A DNA stretch of 64,000 nt from an uncultured Planctomycetaceae bacterium (GCA_963815195.1 CAWFGE010000020.1:1-64000), one strand, 5' to 3'. Shown: positions 1 to 9,970, counted from the stretch's first letter. Numbers and translations are program-made. The notes: generated by a model from the sequence alone, not told the origin.

Positions 1-447
1 ATAACCGGAGTTGTAGCTATCGTTGCGTCAATCGCATTAAACGCCGCGGAGCGCGAGGCAGATGTGGCAAAAAGCGCGACCATCGTGTTCGCATCACCTA
101 TCCCGCGATCTGGGATCGCGCGTGTCAAAGCGATCGAGGTGAGGGACCGGAAATCGCTTTCGCAGCTTCAGTCGTTCTTTCCGGGTTATGAAAAGCGGCC
201 AACGAACAAGCGCGGGGCCGCATGGGAAACTGGGTATTACGTCTATTTCAACTTTCAAAACGGTGGGACTGTGCGCGTGACGGTATCGGCGAACGAAGAC
301 GGGGGTCATTGGACGATCGCTGGGGGAGACTTCGGAAACGAAGGGCAATTTCAAACGATTCCTGAACCGGATCGAACAAGACGAAAATTGATTGAGATGT
401 TTAGGGAATTATGGATCGGACCAAAAGTTTGGCAACATAGGTATTGA
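1..447 (+). CDS. Hypothetical exported protein, 5'-truncated by the window edge
   Basis: Frame is open from base 1 (ITGVVAIVASIALNAAEREADVAKS..., hydrophobic signal-like start) to the stop at 447. Confidence 0.5.
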   Translation: MTGVVAIVASIALNAAEREADVAKSATIVFASPIPRSGIARVKAIEVRDRKSLSQLQSFFPGYEKRPTNKRGAAWETGYYVYFNFQNGGTVRVTVSANEDGGHWTIAGGDFGNEGQFQTIPEPDRTRRKLIEMFRELWIGPKVWQHRY

Positions 448-469
448 CAAGTTTTAGCCAAGTAGCCAA

Positions 470-501
470 GTAGGGCAGGCTCCTGCCGGCTCCCGCCTGC
501 C
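470..501. repeat. REP-like palindrome (GTAG family)
   Basis: GTAGGGCAGGC...GCCTGCC hairpin preceded by AGCCAA, the same lead-in as AGCCAAGTAGGG at about 38945. Confidence 0.6.
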
Positions 502-948
502 GATTTCTCAGATGACCGGTGCAAAGATGACCAAATCGTTTCCGCATGATGCCAGCCATGAACCAGCCGAAATCGTGAGGCCGCGTTCGGCTCCGCCGAT
601 TCGGGTGGCTTTTGCGAGTCGGCCTGTTTTGAAGAGGGCCGATTCCGACGAACCCCCCCTCCCATTATCAGGCACATCGATCATTCAAACGGCAGCGGAA
701 AACTGGGAACCGATCTGGAAACTCATCCGCCCGTGTTGCCGGACTGTTTGCGGCGGACGGAGATTCAGACGGTTTCTCCTTTGCCTCGGGCGAAGCGATG
801 CGTCGCGACCGTGGGGTCGGCCCGTTATGCGGACCTCTTGGATAATCTGCTCGGCTCAGTTCGCGCCAACGGCGGATTGGACGATGCGCTATTGGTCGTG
901 TTTGTCGTGTTTGTCGTCAATGGGGATCCGGAGTGCTGTCGGATTGCG

Positions 949-1029
949 CCGGGTGCCACGGGCAGCTTGCCTGCCCGTGTCTTTGATCCCAGCACCCCGC
1001 ACTGGCAACAAGTTGCCAGTGGCACCCGG
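949..1029. repeat. REP doublet (GGTGCCAC family)
   Basis: CCGGGTGCCACGGGCA...TGCCCGTG spacer CACTGGCAACAAGTTGCCAGTGGCACCCGG; 27 bp at 1000-1026 are identical to 39195-39221. Confidence 0.75.
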
Positions 1030-1280
1030 TGCACTGAACACGAGCCGACAGAAACTGTCATAGTTGTTATTTGCACCCTTAGATTTCGTGAGGAGATCTA
1101 CATATTTCCTAAGTATCTCTACGGACCCCTGAAAGTAAAAGCACCAGGAATTTGTACGATCCTTGATTTATTAACAGAATTCTTCTTGCTATTTCGGGTA
1201 ATTCCCGGCATCTTCGATTCCCAAAACGACCTATGAACGATCGAATCGTCCCGCATCCTTGAGCACCACTGGACCGAGAC

Positions 1281-2051
1281 ATGGAATCGAGTCGTCCCCC
1301 CGCTCTGTCGCACTCGCCGTGGCTGTCCTTAGTCGAGCAAACCCAACCGGCTCTGCACCTCCTCCTGCGGGCCTATGTTTACGCGAACGAAGCCTCGGAC
1401 GAGCCTTGGCTATTCGCCGTCGAACTCGCCGACCTCCGGCACGGCGGCTTGATGCCCAGCGACCTCCGCTGGCTCATCACTCAAGGCCTCGTCGAACTTC
1501 AGGACGAAGGTTCGGGGCCGTCTTCCTCCGGCAACGGCCACCCGGCGGAACCGGGCTTTTGCGATTGCAGCCGGTTTCTCCCAACCGCCGCCGGCTACGA
1601 TCATCTCCAGCATCTCTTGCAAGGAGCGATCGGTGAGCGGCCGGGCGCTAGCCCCCGGCCCTCTGTTGAATGTCATCTCCCACATCTCTTGCAAGAACCG
1701 ATCCATGAGCGGCAGGCCGCTAGCCCCCGGTCTGATGGCATCGTCAAACCGAATTGGGATTCGATGCTCCGCGAACTTCGCGTGGGCGACGTCCTGGTGA
1801 AGCGATACCGCGTCCCCGCGGAAATCCAGGAACTCATCTTAAACGCCTTCCAAGAAGAAGCCTGGCCCCGCCGCATCGACGACCCCCTGCCCCCCGTCCC
1901 CGACATCAGCCCCAAACGCCGCCTAAGCACCGCCATCACCGCATTAAACCGCAACCAAAAGAGTCGAGCCATCCAATTCACAGGCGACGGCTGCGGCGAA
2001 GGCGTGATTTGGGCGTGCGGTGTGGTGACACAGCAATCGGTCGCAGATTGA
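1281..2051 (+). CDS. Hypothetical protein with a possible C-terminal winged-helix DNA-binding domain
   Basis: 256-aa ORF; C-terminal PNWDSMLRELRVG...ILNAFQEEAWPRRIDDPLP...RLSTAITALN resembles a type of planctomycete hypothetical regulator. Confidence 0.6.
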   Translation: MESSRPPALSHSPWLSLVEQTQPALHLLLRAYVYANEASDEPWLFAVELADLRHGGLMPSDLRWLITQGLVELQDEGSGPSSSGNGHPAEPGFCDCSRFLPTAAGYDHLQHLLQGAIGERPGASPRPSVECHLPHLLQEPIHERQAASPRSDGIVKPNWDSMLRELRVGDVLVKRYRVPAEIQELILNAFQEEAWPRRIDDPLPPVPDISPKRRLSTAITALNRNQKSRAIQFTGDGCGEGVIWACGVVTQQSVAD

Positions 2052-2150
2052 CCGCCAATTGCTGGTGGACTGCTGCGCTGGGTTTGCGAGAATCTTTTTA
2101 TCGAGATGATGATTTAAGGTCTCGTTCTTACCTACCCTAGGAGGTTTTCG

Positions 2151-2693
2151 ATGAGTTCGAACAAGCTGATACAGTACCCGCTAATGAGCGAGTCCATGCA
2201 GGTCATGAAGACGGCGGCCAAAGCCGCCCCTGACCTGGAACACAAGGCGGTCGCCAAATGGGAAGCGACTATCGAGCGGGTGCAACTTACGACCTACTAT
2301 TGGAATAATGTGCCGGTGACTGCCCCTTATCAGTTGCTGAACGATAGTGGGGGCAATCCGATCTGGGTTCTCGAAGCCATCTACACGTTCTCCGATGTGG
2401 CGTGGCGGTACGCCCACGGTGGCGAAACCATCACCGACTTCTGCGGTAAGCACGGTCAAGTGGATCCATCGTTCACCTGCAGCAAATCAAACATCTTCCA
2501 GATCGTTCCGGCGCTGCGCGAGAAGGGCGGGGCGAATATCTCCTTCGTCAACAATGCGTGTTACAACCCTGCTCGCATCGAATATGGGGTCGGTGGTCGC
2601 CTTATGGTCATCCCCAATGATCGTTGGGGGACCTACGAGGACAATAGTGGATCGTTCGATGTGAAGGTCGAGGTGGTCAAGTTCCTCCCGTGA
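2151..2693 (+). CDS. Hypothetical protein
   Basis: 180-aa ORF with AGGAGG RBS; no family recognised. Confidence 0.65.
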   Translation: MSSNKLIQYPLMSESMQVMKTAAKAAPDLEHKAVAKWEATIERVQLTTYYWNNVPVTAPYQLLNDSGGNPIWVLEAIYTFSDVAWRYAHGGETITDFCGKHGQVDPSFTCSKSNIFQIVPALREKGGANISFVNNACYNPARIEYGVGGRLMVIPNDRWGTYEDNSGSFDVKVEVVKFLP

Positions 2694-2810
2694 TGTTGCA
2701 ACGCCGGACCACCGTGTTTTCCCCGCGCTGCGGTGGTGGTGGGAAATGATCAAATAACGTCCTGCTGAGCCTTCTTGATTTGCGCGTCGATCTCATTTCG
2801 GAGGTTGCCG

Positions 2811-3812
2811 ATGAAATCCGTTATTACGACCTGGATTGTGCTGGCGGCAATGAGTCTTGCAAGTGCCCAGGAGACTCTCTCACCGTCGGAAGTCATCAAG
2901 TTCCCCGATCAGGTTGATGAATCAACCGGACTCAGCGGCGCTGCCGTCGATGGGGATGGGAGGCTCTTTGTTGTTGCCGACGAGGGTTGCCGGCTTCGCG
3001 TCCTTCACAAGCGAGCCGCGAACCAATCGTACAAACTCCTTCGCACGATCCCGCTTTCTAGTAATCCCAAAACCGAATTCGATCTCGAAGGACTCTCTCA
3101 AAGTGACGGTTGGCTGTATCTGATTGGCTCCCATTCCGCCAAGCGGGAACGGGTCAAACCCGACGAAGCAACGCAGGATGAAAACCATAAGCGATTGAGA
3201 AAGGTCGAGAAGGAATCCAGCCGTCGACAGATCCTCCGAATCAAGCTGGATTCTGTCCTTGATAATAATCCTGAGATCGAACAAGCCGACCTTTGGAACC
3301 GGATCAAGGACAGCACGACGCTCGAACGGTTTATCGAGATTCCAAGCAAGGAGAACGGAATCGACATCGAAGGCATTGCAGCGGATGGAGAGCATCTTTA
3401 TATCGGATTTCGCGGCCCCGTTCTCCGCGGCGGATTTGCGGTGGTGATGAAAACAAGATTCGCGTCCGACTCGGACGCCACACTGCTGTTCATGGACCTG
3501 GGGGGAGACGGAATCCGCGACTTGGTGAAGACCGAAACCGGATTTCTGATTCTTTCTGGCCCCGTTGGTGATCGAGGCGGCAGCATCAAACTCCATTCGT
3601 GGACGGGGGAAGACGGGCTTCCAGGCAGCGACAAACCGAACCTGATGCCAACCCGCTTTCTCGGACTGGTGCCACCACCCGATAACGACGCAAATGCAAA
3701 TGCCGAAGGCGCCACGGTTCTGAAAGAAACAAGCAACTCCTATTCGTTAATGATTGTGTACGACGGTCCGAAAAACGGGGCACCGACCGTCTTTCAAGTC
3801 GCCAAACCCTGA
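2811..3812 (+). CDS. DUF3616-family secreted protein
   Basis: Signal peptide MKSVITTWIVLAAMSLASA; motifs DLEGL, GSHS, ENGIDIEGIA, IGFRGPVLRG, LGGDGIRD. Confidence 0.8.
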   Translation: MKSVITTWIVLAAMSLASAQETLSPSEVIKFPDQVDESTGLSGAAVDGDGRLFVVADEGCRLRVLHKRAANQSYKLLRTIPLSSNPKTEFDLEGLSQSDGWLYLIGSHSAKRERVKPDEATQDENHKRLRKVEKESSRRQILRIKLDSVLDNNPEIEQADLWNRIKDSTTLERFIEIPSKENGIDIEGIAADGEHLYIGFRGPVLRGGFAVVMKTRFASDSDATLLFMDLGGDGIRDLVKTETGFLILSGPVGDRGGSIKLHSWTGEDGLPGSDKPNLMPTRFLGLVPPPDNDANANAEGATVLKETSNSYSLMIVYDGPKNGAPTVFQVAKP

Positions 3813-4058
3813 GGGGCAAGGCTCCGGTGGCCGTTTGACGGACAGGGGAGAAGACTGACTCAATCACTGAAAACCATCGCTTTTACCCACAAGACGCGGG
3901 TTCGCAGATCCGCGATGCCCTCAACTACTCGACCTCGCGGTTATCCAGTTCCCTTGGAGAATGTATTTCCCTTTGAAGTGGCGGTCGCATTAAGCATACG
4001 AGTTGTTGTTGACAAATGGCACTGGCAAAACAGTTTTCCCAATGAATAAGGAAATACA

Positions 4059-4877
4059 ATGGCGAAAAAACGTTCCCGCACTTCACGTTCCGCTGCACAG
4101 AAAACACCACACCCTAACGCCGGCAGCGAGACCGAATATGGACTGGGATTCACGGGCAGGCACATTGTGCTGCTGCGTGACGATGGTGTAAAGGAAGGAC
4201 TTCAAGCAATCAAGACCGCCGCGGGTTTGGCTGAGGTGTGTAACTCCGCTGATTACGAGGCGGCGGCAGTGGAGATGGCTGAGGCGGAAAATGCTGAAGT
4301 TTTCGTCCTGGATAAGTTGAAGGTCGCTATCGTAAATGCCGACGCAACCCAAGTCGTCGGGTTGACGGCGGCCGCGGCCGAAAACGGTGCGATCGTCGCC
4401 GTTGAGCCGGAACGGATGATGTACGCTCTGACTGTTCAAAACGAGTCACTTTTGCAGTTCCCGCTCCAATATTTGACGGGGTATAAGGACGCTGTCAACC
4501 ACTTGTATTCGTCGTTGACCGGTGCACCGTCTGAGACTGAAGCCGCGGCTGCTGCTGTGCTAAGTTACGCCGACAATGCTCAGTTCACGTGGGGTTTGCA
4601 GGCGACACGCGTGAGTCAGTCGCAGTTCAGCGGACGTGGCATTCGTGTTGCAGTGCTCGACACAGGCTTCGATCTTGACCACCCCGACTTCGTAGGTCGC
4701 ACCATTTTCAGCCAATCGTTCATTCAGGGCCAAGCTGTAAGCGATTTGAATGGTCACGGCACGCACTGTATCGGTACTTCGCTCGGACCCCAGCACCCGG
4801 CTGGCGGAGTTCGGCGATATGGCTGTGCATTCCGAGCTGAAATCTACGCTGGTAAGGTGTTGAGTAATGGTATTTGA
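4059..4877 (+). pseudogene. S8 subtilisin-family serine peptidase, 3'-truncated
   Basis: Catalytic Asp (VAVLDTG) and His (GHGTHCIGT) present; ORF stops at GKVLSNG and no GTSMA serine motif follows. Confidence 0.85.
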
Positions 4878-5190
4878 CCCCATCGCGAGTCATGTCCAGA
4901 ACGTCAGACAATTCCTGTAATGAGATTGTCGGGGTATCCCGCATCAACGAGAGAATGCGGTCCGACGTCTCGTTTGAGGTAGTGATTGGGGTAGTCTTTG
5001 GGGTAGTCCCTGCTACCTCATTGTCGCCCCGTAAATGGTCTGGATTGGCAGTGCGTTGAACAGATACGCCTGCTGTTTCAAAGTCGTATGCGGGCGATCG
5101 TCCCCAGGATTCAATGTAACCCGCCCGGAAAAACGCCCCCGCTAGCAAGGGATGGAACGGCTGCGATAGGTGGTGTGATGGAAAGCTGAT
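4866..5190 (-). pseudogene. C-terminal remnant of a RecG-like ATP-binding/wHTH regulator
   Basis: SQPFHPLLAGAFFRAGYIESWGR motif plus HTH ILSLMRDTPTISLQELSDVLDMTRDGVKYH; both ends missing. Confidence 0.65.
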
Positions 5191-5204
5191 TATTTCAGGT
5201 CGTA

Positions 5205-6392
5205 TCACTTCTTGCGACCTTTCTTTTTCCGTTTCGTCGGTTTGCTTTGCTTCGATTTTGGAGTGGCGGGCAATTGTGCAACAGCCTGTTGCCCATTTGG
5301 TGGATCCCCTTCCCCCGACTGTGATTCCGCCAGTTCGTAGAATTCGTGGAGTTTGGCCTGCAACAGCTTCTTGTCCGGCAATCGAGTCTGATACTCGGCG
5401 ACCAGAGCGGGCGACATGGCCCGGCTCAAGGCGTATTCGACGACTTCGTGGTTCTTGGTGGCGCAGAGCAGTACGCCGATTGATGGCTGCTCGTGCGGTT
5501 TCTTCACGTCGCGGTCGAGGGCTTCCAGGTAGAACTGGAGTTTGCCCAGATGCTCCGGCTCGAACTCGACGACCTTAAGTTCGAACGCGACCAGGCAGTT
5601 GAGCGCCCGGTTGAAGAAGAGCAGGTCGAGTTCAAAGTCTCGTCCGCCGACCTGAACCGGGTAATGACTGCCGACGTAGCAGAAGTCCCGGCCAAGTTCG
5701 ATCAGGAATTTCTTGAGTTGCTCGACCAGACCGCGTTGGAGGTCGGCTTCGGAATGTCCCGGCGGAAGGTCGAGGAACTCGACGAGATAACTGTCCTTAA
5801 AGAGAGTTGCGGCATCGGGGTGTAATTGTCGCACCGGCGGTGAGACTTTTGCCGGGGACATGACGACCCGCTCGAAAAGCGCTCCGTTGATCTGGCGTTC
5901 CAATTCTCGGCTCGACCACTTCTCGGCAGTCGCCATGCGGAGGTAGAACTCGCGTTCCTCCGCCCGCTTCGACTTGCCCAGGATGAGCAGATTGTGGGTC
6001 CAGGGCAATTGTGTCAGCAGTGCCGACACTTTTTCGTCCCCTCGGTAGGTCTCGTAGAACTGCCGCATCCGAAACAGGTTACGGCGGGTGAATCCCCGCT
6101 GGCTGGGATGCGTCTGGGCGATGTAGGCGGCTAGTTGATCGACCACGCCTTCGCCCCAGGCCGCTGATTCAATCTTGCGGCTGATGTGCTCGCCGATGTT
6201 CCAGTAAAGCTCGATCAGCGTCGTGTTGACGGCGGCGACGGCCCGGCTTCGGGCGGCGTCGATCAGCTCCAGCACCGTGTCGAAGTCCGCCTGGTTGGGA
6301 GTCAATGCCGGTGACGACGAAGCGGATGGTTTTGATTTCGGGCGGCCTTTACCGGCGGCCGGAGCGGATTTCGTTTTTGAACGCTTCTTCAT
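5205..6392 (-). CDS. YhcG / DUF1016 PD-(D/E)XK nuclease-domain protein
   Basis: AVNTTLIELYWNIG, NLFRMRQFY, LPWTHN, WSSRELERQI, FLIELGRDFCYVG, DLLFFNRALNCLVAFELK. Confidence 0.93.
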   Translation of the reverse strand: MKKRSKTKSAPAAGKGRPKSKPSASSSPALTPNQADFDTVLELIDAARSRAVAAVNTTLIELYWNIGEHISRKIESAAWGEGVVDQLAAYIAQTHPSQRGFTRRNLFRMRQFYETYRGDEKVSALLTQLPWTHNLLILGKSKRAEEREFYLRMATAEKWSSRELERQINGALFERVVMSPAKVSPPVRQLHPDAATLFKDSYLVEFLDLPPGHSEADLQRGLVEQLKKFLIELGRDFCYVGSHYPVQVGGRDFELDLLFFNRALNCLVAFELKVVEFEPEHLGKLQFYLEALDRDVKKPHEQPSIGVLLCATKNHEVVEYALSRAMSPALVAEYQTRLPDKKLLQAKLHEFYELAESQSGEGDPPNGQQAVAQLPATPKSKQSKPTKRKKKGRKK

Positions 6393-6647
6393 GCCTGCTC
6401 CCGCACTTGAGGGAGTTCGGGACGATTGGCGTTCTCTTCAAGCAGTACGTACCGCCATCCTTCCGGTCCTTTCTCGGCACGGATGTCATATCCCCTTTCC
6501 CGCAACGCCTCGACGGATCGCGATACGGTGGGAATCGAGACGCCGACTCTCTCGGCCAGGGCGGGCGTCGAATAGTTGCCGGTTTCGATCAGCCGCAAAA
6601 TGGCCTCAAGCCGATCTTCGATTTCGCGGGAGGCGCTGATAACGCAT
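6389..6647 (-). CDS. HTH DNA-binding protein (apparent frameshift near 6632)
   Basis: STPALAERVGVSIPTVSRSVEALRERGY HTH; ATG at 6647 gives MRYQRSREIEDRLEAILRLIE if one extra base is removed; ATGA overlap with yhcG. Confidence 0.75.
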
Positions 6648-6971
6648 CGGGTTTTCCCCTAAGTGCAAGCAATACCATACGTCTATCCAACAGTGATAGG
6701 CTTGTCAACCGCACGGATGTCCGCGTTTCCGGTCCTGAATGGTGATGCCCTGCCAGGATTGAAATAAACGGCCAATGAATGGCCTTTGATGATTTTCCGC
6801 TGGTCGGGGGCGGATTCAAGTCCTTCTCCTCTCCTTGGGCCATTTCTGGGCGAATTCGGGCTGGTCTGTCTTGAGCGTATCCCGACCTCGATTCTTACTT
6901 CCTCCTGAATGCCATATTTCCGGTCCTCGTTGCCGGGATCGGCGGCGATAGAACTCGGTCCCCCGATCGAC

Positions 6972-6980
6972 TTATCCACA
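6972..6980 (+). promoter_or_regulatory. DnaA box
   Basis: Perfect TTATCCACA beside an AT-rich tract (6991-7030) and iterons. Confidence 0.75.
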
Positions 6981-7074
6981 GGCGGTGCCCGTTAAGGAAG
7001 TTATAATAATACTTGGAGTTAAACAGTTAGCCGCCCGGCATGCCGTTGATTTCGTGGAAGAATCGGGCGGTTCG

Positions 7075-7384
7075 TGCGCCTGATGGGCCGTGGAGTTGCA
7101 CTAATCGACCGTGGGGCGATGCGCTTAATAGGTCGAATGGCGTGCGCCTTATAGGCCGTGCCAATTCTACAGCCCGGCCGCGTGAAATCTCCACCGAAGC
7201 GATGCGCCTGATAGGCCGTGCCGCTCGCCGGCCGCGTTTCGCGGCTGATTTTTGCCGTTTCATTGGCCGCTGGCCGGTCCGAATGCGTTAAAAAGCTCAT
7301 TTCACCGCTCGTTTTCCGGTGCCGGCGCCTAATAGGCCGTGCCTACTCGCTGGTCACCGGCTCATTTACGCTTGATAGGCCGTG
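7075..7384 (+). repeat. Iteron array of the putative oriV (7 x 18 bp)
   Basis: Consensus TGCGCCTNATAGGCCGTG at 7075, 7096 (degenerate), 7120, 7143, 7203, 7324 and 7367, at the 3' end of repA. Confidence 0.85.
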
Positions 7385-8317
7385 CTCGTCCCCCCTCACC
7401 TCATTGAATCGCAACGATTTCGAGGCGATGCCGCGGGCGATGCGGCGGCGGGGATGGCGCGGCGACTCGAATCGGGGGTCGTCGGCCGGGAGGCGGTCGC
7501 GTTTCAGGAAGTGGACGATCTCCTCCCCCTCCTCGTTCTTGTGGAGCATGGCGGTGTATTCCGGCAGGGAATCGGCTTCGACCACCTTGCGCACGTCGAT
7601 GGCGAAGTCGGAGAAGCGCGATGTCGAACCGGACTTCTCGTAGAGTTGCCGCATGGTGAACTGCCAGCCCAGTTCCTGCTGGCCGGCGTGCTTGCGGGCG
7701 ACGCGGTACAGCCAGCGCTCGATGCCCCCGGTGAGCAGGAAGTAATCCTCGTGGATGGTGAGCACACCGCCCTTCATCAGGATGCCGTCGAACAGCCAGT
7801 CCGGCAGCGTCATCGTCATGCCGGTGGTCTCCCCGCTGTGCTCGTCGGTCACCTCGGTCCAACTTTCCAGCCAGTGGAAGGAGGCGGCTTTCTTGCGGCC
7901 TTCGGCGCGGATGTTGGTCCGCACGGCCGTGTGCGTGAGCCGGTCGAGGGCGGCCCGCAGCCGGCGGTAATGTTCGCCTCCGGTCGGGCGGCGGATGGAT
8001 TTGAGCAGGTTGTGCGGGTGGAACTGCACGACGCGGCTGGGCGTCTGCCCCCGGTCGAGGGCTTCGGTGATCTGCGTCGAGGCCCAGATGAGGATGTCGG
8101 CATCCCAGATGGTGGCGATCCCGAATTTCGGGTTGGCGCTGACTTCGACCCACACGTCGCCGACATTGTATTCGATTGGCGTGAAGCGGGGTTTCTTTGC
8201 CAGGCTGAAGAACGGCCGCTCCATCGTGTCGCGCTGGTCGCGGATGGGGATGTCCGCGAAGTTCGCGGCGAACAGGTCGGCCTGGTGATCTCCTTTGGGC
8301 GGGAGCCGTTTGGTCAT
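7343..8317 (-). CDS. repA: Plasmid replication initiator protein A (RPA family)
   Basis: RDQRDTMERPFFSLAK, GIATIWDADILIWA, YFLLTGGIERWLYRVARKHAG, QLYEKSGS. Confidence 0.9.
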   Translation of the reverse strand: MTKRLPPKGDHQADLFAANFADIPIRDQRDTMERPFFSLAKKPRFTPIEYNVGDVWVEVSANPKFGIATIWDADILIWASTQITEALDRGQTPSRVVQFHPHNLLKSIRRPTGGEHYRRLRAALDRLTHTAVRTNIRAEGRKKAASFHWLESWTEVTDEHSGETTGMTMTLPDWLFDGILMKGGVLTIHEDYFLLTGGIERWLYRVARKHAGQQELGWQFTMRQLYEKSGSTSRFSDFAIDVRKVVEADSLPEYTAMLHKNEEGEEIVHFLKRDRLPADDPRFESPRHPRRRIARGIASKSLRFNEVRGDEHGLSSVNEPVTSE

Positions 8318-8450
8318 GCGTCGTCCCCGGTCGTCGTTGGGTTTCGCCGTGCGGCGAAGCTGATTCGGACACTAAAGGAAGACGGCCGGCGGTTCAAACG
8401 AAAACCGCAGGCCCGGCCTGCGTGCGAGGCCCCTCTCCCGCCGGCGTGCG

Positions 8451-8801
8451 TTACTTGAGGTAGCCGTTGTCGCGCAGCCAGGGTTCGAGGGCTTCTTCCA
8501 GAATGTCCTGGAGCGTGTGCGGGGTGACGCCGTTGAGTTGCCTCTCCAGCGAGGCCCGCTTGAGGGCGGCACCGAAGTCGGCCCGGATGCGGGTGGTCAG
8601 CGGTGTGCGGTTGATGGCGCTGCGGGACTGCCCCTTCCCTTCGCGGGTCTCGGCCGCCGGTGCCGCAGGCGGGGTTTCCGGCGGTTTCGGCTTGCCGGAA
8701 TACACGAACGCTTTTTCGAGCGAACGGTCCGGCCCGGCGGGATTCAGCCCCTCGACCAGCGACCGGCGTTCCTTGGTGGCGACATCGGTTTTGGTTTTCA
8801 T
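8451..8801 (-). CDS. Small partition partner protein (ParG-like, C-terminal ribbon-helix-helix)
   Basis: 116 aa, ATGA-coupled to parA; flexible N-terminus, then PLTTRIRADFGAALKRASLER...LQDILEEALEPWL. Confidence 0.7.
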   Translation of the reverse strand: MKTKTDVATKERRSLVEGLNPAGPDRSLEKAFVYSGKPKPPETPPAAPAAETREGKGQSRSAINRTPLTTRIRADFGAALKRASLERQLNGVTPHTLQDILEEALEPWLRDNGYLK

Positions 8802-9475
8802 GCGGTGGCCCTTCTTTTCGGTTGCCGGCGGGACGCCTTGATCCCGCGCGCTTCGGGGAGCACTTCGCGGAACAGCGCGTTGACCTCGGCCGTCGCGTCC
8901 CGCCCGCGGTGGCCGAGTTGCCAGACGACGGCCCCCTGCCCCGGCGCATCGGCGTAAATCTGTTTGAGGGTCAGCGCCGTTTTCGCGACGGGGAGTTCCA
9001 GCGCCCCGGCCGCGTCTTTCATGTCCTGGGTCAGCCGATAGTTCTTGCCGACCATGCTGAGCACGATCACGGCTTTGGGCAATTTGCCGCGAATGTCCTG
9101 GGCCTGGCGCAGGACGTTGGTGGCCTGGGCGATGCACCGAACTTCGAGCATGCTGGCTTTGCACGGGACGATGGCGCGGTCGGCCCGCAGCAACAGCGCC
9201 CGGCTGGTCTCGGTGTTGCTCCCCGGCCCGTCGGCGACGACGTAATCGCACTGCTGCCCGAGCGCCGGCAGACGGTCGAGGATTTCATCCGGGTCGTTGA
9301 GCCGGACCGTTTTGACGTCGGGGGCGGCCTCTTTGGCCCATTCGGACGAGGATTGCTGCGTGTCGCAGTCGGCGAGGATGACGGAATGCCCCTGCTCGTG
9401 CAGCCAGGCGGCGAGATGGACGGCGATGGTCGATTTCCCGACTCCGCCCTTGGAATTGGCGATCGCGATGATCAT
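8798..9475 (-). CDS. parA: ParA family partition ATPase (short type Ib)
   Basis: MIIAIANSKGGVGKST deviant Walker A; ADCDTQQS; VVADGPG. Confidence 0.93.
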   Translation of the reverse strand: MIIAIANSKGGVGKSTIAVHLAAWLHEQGHSVILADCDTQQSSSEWAKEAAPDVKTVRLNDPDEILDRLPALGQQCDYVVADGPGSNTETSRALLLRADRAIVPCKASMLEVRCIAQATNVLRQAQDIRGKLPKAVIVLSMVGKNYRLTQDMKDAAGALELPVAKTALTLKQIYADAPGQGAVVWQLGHRGRDATAEVNALFREVLPEARGIKASRRQPKRRATA

Positions 9476-9489
9476 GCGCCGGACACTAC

Positions 9490-9970
9490 ACCACCTGCCG
9501 ACATGCTGGCAAGCAATATGTGCATCAGGCTGGCATGTCGTGTCGCCAGCTTCCCGGCCTGTCATCCTGCGGGCATGCCGTCAAGCCAGCATACCGGCGT
9601 GCCGGTCGGCAAGATGCCCAGCCGGATTTCCAGAAAGCGGGCTGGCTTGCCAGCCTGCCGACAAGCTGGCAAGCCGGACGGTGAGCATGCATGAAGGCTT
9701 GCAAACATGACGGCAGGCTGTCCGGCAATGATGCAAGCAGGACAACAAGCCTGCACGAAAGCACGATGGCCTGCCGGCACGTCGCCGGAGGGCGTTTCCG
9801 GGCAAGCAATCCAGCAACCTTGCCTGCCAGCATGACGGCTTGCTTTCCGTCCGGGCATATTGCAAGCAGGCGGGCTTGTCATCATGCCAGCATGTCGGCA
9901 TGTCATCCGGCCGGGTGGCAAGCAAGCTGGCAAGCCTGCCAGTCAGTCGGCTGTCTGAGCGGCCGGCTGG
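9490..9970. repeat. Degenerate short-period GC repeat tract, candidate centromere
   Basis: Dense GCAAGC/GCTTGC/GCATGC/GCTGGC/GCCAGC motifs with GC recurring about every 4 nt, directly upstream of parA. Confidence 0.6.

Noticed and set aside
2752..2810. AAATAAC...GTTG considered as an attC site
   Set aside because: No pairing L boxes or extended stem
6801..6822. Minus-strand ...GAATCCGCCCCCGACCA resembling a tRNA-Pro 3' end (possible second att)
   Set aside because: Only about 7 contiguous bases match the tRNA at 27926 and the T-arm is absent; compatible with chance
7075..7384. Repeats considered as a CRISPR array
   Set aside because: Repeats are 18 bp and degenerate with irregular spacing; no cas genes; position at repA fits iterons
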